Below are positions 58,009-64,000 of a stretch of 64,000 bases of DNA, one piece after another (the first letter of the stretch is position 1; every line of letters begins with the position of its first letter). This stretch comes from a bacterium. GTDB taxonomy: Bacteria; UBA8248. The position numbers were made by a program, and so were the translations under genes. Under the pieces are notes generated by a model. The model searched no databases. It was not told where the DNA came from and saw only the letters and a program-made list of their open reading frames with translations. The stretch spans positions 736,001 to 800,000 of the forward strand of contig OZ241875.1 in NCBI GenBank assembly GCA_965203325.1, in the 5' to 3' direction.

Positions 58009-59139
58009 ATGCAACCACCCTATGACGGGGAAAAACTCGACCGCCTCATGAGCGAAGCCGGCGTGGACCTCGTTCTGGCCAACTCGCGCGAGAACGTGCG
58101 CTATCTGTGCGGCGGCTATTACTATCACTTTCACGAGAGGTTCACGTCCATGGGGCGCGGCCAGTACATGGCGCTGGCGGGCATCCCGCGCGGCGACGCC
58201 GGAAAATCGTTCCTGATCGGCGGGACCGGCGAGCGCGGCCAAGCGCAGGACCAGAATCTCTGGATACCCGAGCTTATCCCCTCAGGCAGATATCCGGCCG
58301 AAGCCGCCAAAGACGCCGCGCAAGCCATCTCGGAGCGCGGTCTCGGGAGCGGCTCCATCGCCGTGGAGGGCAACTTCCTGCCCGCCATCGCCAAGGATAC
58401 GCTCATGAGCGAACTGCCGAACGCGACGTTCGTGGAAGCGCTCCCGATTCTGGAGGAACTTCGCGCCATCAAGACGCCCGAGGAGATCGATATCTACCGG
58501 CGCATCTCCCAGGCGGACGCAGAGGCCATACGAGACGCTTTCGAGACGGCCAAACCCGGCGCCACCACGAAGGACGTCGCCCACGCCGTGGAACGGGGCA
58601 TGACGGACAGGGGCCTCCACTTCCTGTGGGTCTTCGCCGCTGCGGGACCGGGCATGCTGCGCGCCCCGTCCGGGAAAGTGTGGGAAAAAGGAGAAGTGCT
58701 GCACTTGGACGCGGGCGGCTCGGAATCCGACTACCTGACGGACATCTGCCGGATGGGCGTGCGGGGCGAGCCCACGCCGCTTGCGGACGAACTCTACAAG
58801 GCCTGTCTCGGAACGCAGGATCACGTGCGCGCCGAGATTCGCGCAGGCGCCGTGTGCGGCGACATCTACGAGAAGGGCACGACGTATCTCCAGAACACCG
58901 AGCACGGCGCGTACGGCAACTTCATCATCCACGGCATCGGCATGGTCTCGCACGAGCAGCCCTATTTCGGCCCCGGCGTGGAGAGAGCGCTCGAAGAGGG
59001 CATGGTGGTGTCGATAGAGACCGACATCCGCCATCCCGAGGTGGGCTACGTGAAGGTGGAAGACGCCGTGGCGGTGACGGCGGACGGCTACGAACCCCTG
59101 GGCGACCTGGGGCGCGAGGACTGGGTGGTCGTCGACTGA
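58009..59139 (+). CDS. M24 (Xaa-Pro peptidase/creatinase) family protein, copy 1
   Basis: LRAIKTPEE, D..D, HGIG...HE, IE, KVED metal ligands. Confidence 0.92.
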   Translation: MQPPYDGEKLDRLMSEAGVDLVLANSRENVRYLCGGYYYHFHERFTSMGRGQYMALAGIPRGDAGKSFLIGGTGERGQAQDQNLWIPELIPSGRYPAEAAKDAAQAISERGLGSGSIAVEGNFLPAIAKDTLMSELPNATFVEALPILEELRAIKTPEEIDIYRRISQADAEAIRDAFETAKPGATTKDVAHAVERGMTDRGLHFLWVFAAAGPGMLRAPSGKVWEKGEVLHLDAGGSESDYLTDICRMGVRGEPTPLADELYKACLGTQDHVRAEIRAGAVCGDIYEKGTTYLQNTEHGAYGNFIIHGIGMVSHEQPYFGPGVERALEEGMVVSIETDIRHPEVGYVKVEDAVAVTADGYEPLGDLGREDWVVVD

Positions 59140-60272
59140 TGAAGCCGCTGTACGACGAGCAAAAACTCGCCCGCCTGATGGAAGATGCGGGCGTCGACCT
59201 CTTGCTCGCGCACACGCCCCACAACATCCGCTACCTGACGGGCGGCTACTACTTCCATTTCCGCGAAAGGGTGGCCGCCATCGGGCCGAGCCAATACCTC
59301 CCTTTCGTGGGAATCCCCCGCGACAACCCCGAAAACGCCTTTCAGGTGGCATGGCGCGTCGAGGCGTCGCCGCGAAACGAGGTGGACACCTGGATCCCAG
59401 ACGTCATCTACACGAAGGCGCGGGGCACCGTCGGTGCTGCGGAAACGGCGGCCGAGGCCGTGAGGAAGCGGGGACTGGACGAGGGAACCATCGCGGTCGA
59501 GCGCGCCTTCATGCCCGTGGACGCGATGGAAGCGCTTGCGCGCGAACTCCACGGCGCAAGGTTTGTCGATTCTCTCACTATCCTGGAAGAACTACGCGCC
59601 GTGAAGAGAGAGGATGAACTGGAGATATTCCGGCGCGCGGCGAATGCGGATTCAGAAGCCATCCAGGCTGGCTTTCAGGAGGGAGCGCGCGGCGTAACGA
59701 CCCGGCGGATCGAGCAAAGGGTGGAGGAGGAAATGGTGCGGCGCGGGCTCCATTTCCACTACGCCTTCACCGCGGCGGGACCCGCCATGCGGCGCGAGCC
59801 CTCGGATAAAATCTGGCAGAAAGGGGAAATCCTCCACATCGACGCCGGCGGCTCCGAGGCGGGCTACATGTCCGACATCTGCCGGATGGGGGTGCGGGGC
59901 GAACCCTCCCCTCTCGCCGAAGAGTTGCGCAAGGCGTGCCTCCACGCGGTAGACGCCTGCCGGGACGCCATCCGGGCCGGGGCGAGTTGCGCATCGGTGC
60001 ATGAGCGGGGACACCGGGCGTTCGCGGACACCGGCTTCGCCGACTTAGGCATTTTCGAGGTGCACGGCATCGGCATGGTGCAGCAGGAGTTGCCGCGCTT
60101 CGGCCCCGAGGTGGAGCGCTCGCTCGAGGCGGGCATGGTGGTATCCGTGGAATGCGACATCCGCCACGCGGAAATCGGCCACGTGAAGATTGAAGACGCC
60201 GTCGCCGTCACAGAAGACGGCTGCGAGGGTCTGGGGGATCTGGGCAGGGATTCCTGGGCCTGCATCGACTGA
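59139..60272 (+). CDS. M24 family protein, copy 2
   Basis: ATG overlaps the upstream TGA; MKPLYDEQKL; D..D, HGIG...QE, VE, KIED. Confidence 0.92.
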   Translation: MKPLYDEQKLARLMEDAGVDLLLAHTPHNIRYLTGGYYFHFRERVAAIGPSQYLPFVGIPRDNPENAFQVAWRVEASPRNEVDTWIPDVIYTKARGTVGAAETAAEAVRKRGLDEGTIAVERAFMPVDAMEALARELHGARFVDSLTILEELRAVKREDELEIFRRAANADSEAIQAGFQEGARGVTTRRIEQRVEEEMVRRGLHFHYAFTAAGPAMRREPSDKIWQKGEILHIDAGGSEAGYMSDICRMGVRGEPSPLAEELRKACLHAVDACRDAIRAGASCASVHERGHRAFADTGFADLGIFEVHGIGMVQQELPRFGPEVERSLEAGMVVSVECDIRHAEIGHVKIEDAVAVTEDGCEGLGDLGRDSWACID

Positions 60273-60308
60273 TTATTATCGACTCATAGAAACGGAGGAG
60301 AAATTCAT

Positions 60309-60893
60309 ATGCCGAGACCATCGGGGGGCTTCACGCGGCTCCAACACGCCGCCATCAAGGTGCACGACATCGAGGCGGCCAAGGATTTCTACGTCAACAC
60401 GCTGGGCTTCACCATTTCGGAGATATTCGAGCCGGGCACGGTGGGCGATTTCCCCTTCGGGCTTTGCTTCATGCGGTGCACGGAACTTCACCACGACATG
60501 AACCTCATCTTCTGGCCCGATGGCGAAGGCCCCGCCCCGCCCGAGGAGCGCTCCTTCTTCTCCTTGCAGACGGGCCTGCATCACATCGCGTTCGAGGTGG
60601 AAGACCGCACGCAAATCGAGGAGTGGGCGTCCTATCTGGAAGAAAAAGACGTCGAAATCTTCTGGGGGCCTTCCATCCACAGCCCCACGCATCCCGAGGG
60701 GGATGGCTTCTGGGGCGAGAACCACGCGCTCTACATCGCGGACCCCTCGGGCAACTGCATCGAGATATTCTGCGACATGGCCGTCATGGACCCCTACACG
60801 AACCGGGTGAACGAGGATTGGTTCCGCGACAGACTCTCCCGGGACGGCCACCCGCGCGACGCGGCGGCGCCGCCCGAAGCCTGGAAGCCCTAG
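60309..60893 (+). CDS. VOC (glyoxalase/extradiol dioxygenase) family protein
   Basis: LQHAAIKV, HHD, GLHHIAFEV, DPSGNCIE. Confidence 0.92.
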   Translation: MPRPSGGFTRLQHAAIKVHDIEAAKDFYVNTLGFTISEIFEPGTVGDFPFGLCFMRCTELHHDMNLIFWPDGEGPAPPEERSFFSLQTGLHHIAFEVEDRTQIEEWASYLEEKDVEIFWGPSIHSPTHPEGDGFWGENHALYIADPSGNCIEIFCDMAVMDPYTNRVNEDWFRDRLSRDGHPRDAAAPPEAWKP

Positions 60894-61087
60894 AAACGGG
60901 CGAATCAAGGGCGCGCCGGGAGCGCTTCCCGACGACCGGCATCGGCTCGGGAAACGGCGCGCGTCGATTCGAAATGAAGTCCCAGGGCGCGGTTGCCCGC
61001 CGCGCCTTCGCGACTATGCTATATTCACGGCAAACAAAACCGCGCGCCGCTCCATCCGGTCGGGCGCAACTCATTCGGAGACAAGAC

Positions 61088-62014
61088 ATGAAAGAAGGCA
61101 TGAGGCCCGGAGACCGCCTGCCCTATTCGGCCATCGTCGATCGCAAACCGCTCAAACTGCCCGAAGGCGCACGCCTGGTGCTCTGGCCGGTACTGGCGCT
61201 GGAAGTGTGGGACATCGTCCGGCCCATGGCGCGCATGGTGATTCCCCCGCCCCAGGGGGTGCCGATGCTCCCCGACCATCCCAACTGGAGCTGGCACGAA
61301 TACGGCATGCGGGTCGGCATTTGGCGCATCAAGCGCATGCTCGACGATCTGGGCGTACGCCCGACGGTGACGCTGAACGCCCGCACCTGCCTGGAATATC
61401 CGCAAGTCGCCGGGGCGTGCCTGGAGGCGGGCTGGGAATTCAACGCCCACTCCTACGAGCAGATACCCATGCACAAACTAGACGACGAGCGCGCGACGAT
61501 TGAGGAGTGCATGGACATCATCACGGAATTCTGCGGCAAAAGACCGCGCGGCTGGTTCGGTCCGGGGCTGACCCAGACCTACCAGACGCTGGATCTTCTC
61601 GCCGAGGCCGGGGTCGAATACATCGGCGACTGGGTGCTCGACGACCAGCCGGTGCACGTGAAGACGACGGTCGGCAAGACGGTCGTGGCGCTGCCCTACA
61701 ACTACGAACTCCACGACATCGTGAGCATGGCGATCCAGTACCATGAGTCCCGGGTCTTCCGCGACCGCGCGATTGATTACTTCGAGACCGTCTACGCCGA
61801 GAGCCACGAATCCACCAAGGTGATGTCGATCGCCATGCACCCATATCTCTCGGGCTCGCCGCACCGGATCAAATACGTGCGCGAGACCTTCGAGCATATC
61901 CTGTCGAAACCGGGGGTGGTCTGCTGGGACGGTGAGCAAATACTGGATTGGTTCCTGAAGGAACGCCCGGCGCCGAAACCCCGGAAACGCCGCGCCAGGC
62001 GGAAAAGGGCTTAG
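61088..62014 (+). CDS. Polysaccharide deacetylase-fold hydrolase (PuuE-like)
   Basis: WSWHEYGMRVG.WR, RGWFGPG, DDQP, IAMHPY. Confidence 0.9.
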   Translation: MKEGMRPGDRLPYSAIVDRKPLKLPEGARLVLWPVLALEVWDIVRPMARMVIPPPQGVPMLPDHPNWSWHEYGMRVGIWRIKRMLDDLGVRPTVTLNARTCLEYPQVAGACLEAGWEFNAHSYEQIPMHKLDDERATIEECMDIITEFCGKRPRGWFGPGLTQTYQTLDLLAEAGVEYIGDWVLDDQPVHVKTTVGKTVVALPYNYELHDIVSMAIQYHESRVFRDRAIDYFETVYAESHESTKVMSIAMHPYLSGSPHRIKYVRETFEHILSKPGVVCWDGEQILDWFLKERPAPKPRKRRARRKRA

Positions 62015-62085
62015 CCCGGAACCGGAAAGGATTTGAATTTCCCGGCGTCAGTGGATCACCGAAGAAATAGAACCGGATATCTCAC

Positions 62086-63237
62086 TCAAGCGAACGCGCG
62101 GATTCCGGTTTCAAAGCCTGCGATGATGAGCTTCTGGATCTGGCTGGTTCCCTCGTAGATGGTCGCCACGCGCGCGTCGCGCATGTAGCGCTCCACGGGA
62201 TACTCGTTGCTGTAGCCCATGCCGCCGTGAATCTGAATCGCGTCGTTCGCGCAGCGAAGGGCCGCCTCGGTGCAATAGTATTTGGCGATGGAGGTCTCGC
62301 GCGTGTTCGGCTTGCCCGCATTCTTGAGTTCTCCCGCCCGGTAGAGCAGGAGCCTGCTCGCGTCGATGTCGACCACCATGCGGGCGATCATGTCCTGTAC
62401 GAGCTGGTGCGCGGCGATGGGCTTACCGAACGTGCGGCGCTCCTTCGCGTAGGCAACCGAGGCTTCGAGCGAGCCTTGCGCGATTCCCAGGCAACCCGCG
62501 CCCACCGAATAGCGTCCGTTGTCGAGCGCGCTCATCGCGACCTTGAAGCCATCGCCCACCTCCCCCATCAAGGCGTCATCGGGCACTTCGACGTTCGCCA
62601 GGAAAAGCTCGGCGGTGTTGGAACTCCTGAGTCCCAGCTTCCCGTGCATCGTCCGCGCCTCGAAGCCGGGCAGATCGGTCTCCACCAGAAAGGCCGCCAT
62701 CTTGCGCGGGTTCTCGCGATCGGTCTGCGCGATCACGAGCGCAAGCTGCGCGACCCCTCCGTTGCTGATCCATATCTTCTGCCCGTTCAGATTCCAGCCG
62801 CCCGAGGTCTTTTGCGCAAAAGTCTTCAAGTGCTGCGCGTCGGAGCCCACGTCCGGCTCCGTGAGGCCGAAACACCCTATCCACTCCGCCGAGCAGAGTC
62901 TGGGAAGATATTTCTTCTTCTGCGCCTCGCTCCCCCACTTCAGAATCGTGGTGGCGACGAGAGAGATCTGCACCGACAGGACGGTGCGCACCGAACTGCA
63001 CGCTTTGCTTATCTCCTCGTTCATGATGGCGTAGGAGATATAGTCGAGGCCCGCGCCGCCGTATTCCTCTGGAATCGGGCCGCCGAACATCCCCAACGCG
63101 CCCATTTCGGCGACGATGTCCGCCGGGTAGCGTTCCTTCTCGTCGTTCTCCCGGGCCACGGGGACGATTCGCCGTTGGGCGAACTCCGCCGCCGTTTCCT
63201 TGATCAGCCGCTGGGTCTCGTTGAGTTCAAAGTCCAC
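62086..63237 (-). CDS. Acyl-CoA dehydrogenase
   Basis: FGLTEPDVGSD, KIWISNG, KLGLR, QIHGGMGY, IYEGTSQIQ. Confidence 0.96.
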   Translation of the reverse strand: MDFELNETQRLIKETAAEFAQRRIVPVARENDEKERYPADIVAEMGALGMFGGPIPEEYGGAGLDYISYAIMNEEISKACSSVRTVLSVQISLVATTILKWGSEAQKKKYLPRLCSAEWIGCFGLTEPDVGSDAQHLKTFAQKTSGGWNLNGQKIWISNGGVAQLALVIAQTDRENPRKMAAFLVETDLPGFEARTMHGKLGLRSSNTAELFLANVEVPDDALMGEVGDGFKVAMSALDNGRYSVGAGCLGIAQGSLEASVAYAKERRTFGKPIAAHQLVQDMIARMVVDIDASRLLLYRAGELKNAGKPNTRETSIAKYYCTEAALRCANDAIQIHGGMGYSNEYPVERYMRDARVATIYEGTSQIQKLIIAGFETGIRAFA

Positions 63238-63258
63238 GGTCGTCTCAGGATGGGAGGC

Positions 63259-64000
63259 TTACTCGTAGGTGAAGAAGCCGCGGCCGGACTTTCGGCCCAG
63301 GTGGCCCGCCTTGACCATCTTGCGGAGCAGGAAGTTGGGCCGGTAGCGCGTATCGCCCAGCTCGCGGTAGAGCGTCTCCGTCTTGGCGAGGTGGATGTCG
63401 ACGCCGATCAGGTCGATGAGTTCGAGCGGCCCCATGGGCAGGCCTGCGCCCATCTTCATCGCCTTGTCGATGTCCTCGGCGGAGGCCAGACCGCCCGCAT
63501 AGACTTCCACCGCCTCGTTGAGCATTCCCGCCAGCACGCGGCTGCCGATGCCCGCCGGGCTGTCGAAATTCGCCATCACGGGCGTCTTGCCGAGCCGTTC
63601 GGCCAGGGCGCGGGCGGCTTCGACCGTCTCTTTCGAGGTGCCGAGGCCCGGCATGATCTCCACGAGCTTCATCACCAGCGGCGGGTTGAAGAAGTGGACG
63701 CCCACGACCTTCTCGGGCCTGGAAGTGGCCGCCGCCATCTCGGTGATGGAGAGCGAGGTGGTGTTCGACGCGAAAACAGCGTGCTCGGGCGCCGCTTCAT
63801 CCAGTGCGCCAAGCACCTCTTTCTTGATATCCATGTCCTCGAAAACGGCCTCGACGACAACGTCCGCATCCGCCGCCTTCGCGTAGCCCGTCGCAGGCGT
63901 GATGCGCGAGAAAACGGCGTCTTTTGCCTCGGCAGACATCTTGCCCTGCTCGACGCGCTTCGCCGCGCGCGCCTCAAGCCCCGAAATCGCCTTCGCCACC
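63259..64000 (-). CDS. 3-hydroxyacyl-CoA (3-hydroxybutyryl-CoA) dehydrogenase, 5' truncated
   Basis: VEAVFE, SNTTSLSI, HFFNP, PMGPLELID, GRKSGRGF. Confidence 0.95.
   Translation of the reverse strand, partial: VAKAISGLEARAAKRVEQGKMSAEAKDAVFSRITPATGYAKAADADVVVEAVFEDMDIKKEVLGALDEAAPEHAVFASNTTSLSITEMAAATSRPEKVVGVHFFNPPLVMKLVEIMPGLGTSKETVEAARALAERLGKTPVMANFDSPAGIGSRVLAGMLNEAVEVYAGGLASAEDIDKAMKMGAGLPMGPLELIDLIGVDIHLAKTETLYRELGDTRYRPNFLLRKMVKAGHLGRKSGRGFFTYE

Noticed and set aside
58107..60272. 721-aa ORF, and similar extensions at 19315, 20882, 27891-28862 and 60464
   Set aside because: GC-rich off-frame extensions overlapping upstream genes. True starts with RBSs lie downstream.

Overview
A GC-rich bacterial chromosomal segment. 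It is mostly housekeeping and catabolic genes: priA, queC, sdhCAB, a TRAP transporter, many flavin, acyl-CoA and hydrolase enzymes, and two tRNAs (Val-CAC, Asn-GTT). Accessory material is interspersed: a tandem pair of intact tyrosine integrases, an AAA+/DUF4143 ATPase preceded by a 23-bp-period array, a small island after tRNA-Asn (hicAB, UPF0175, HNH-DGQHK protein), an ABC-ATPase plus DUF4276 pair, and MITE-like elements carrying REP-type palindromes. Main signals: (1) two thiol-oxidoreductase genes split in the ORF track by an in-frame TGA at the catalytic Cys, each followed by a SECIS-like hairpin (predicted selenoproteins), one heading a cytochrome b/Tat-molybdoenzyme operon; (2) an unannotated ~258-nt multi-helix RNA candidate on the minus strand at 34538-34795, loosely resembling the raiA motif; (3) an archaeal/eukaryotic ribosomal protein eL13-like domain fused to a ~385-aa acidic repetitive region; (4) the dimeric 23-bp array upstream of the ATPase-nuclease gene. 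All family assignments come from motif recognition by eye. No searches were run.
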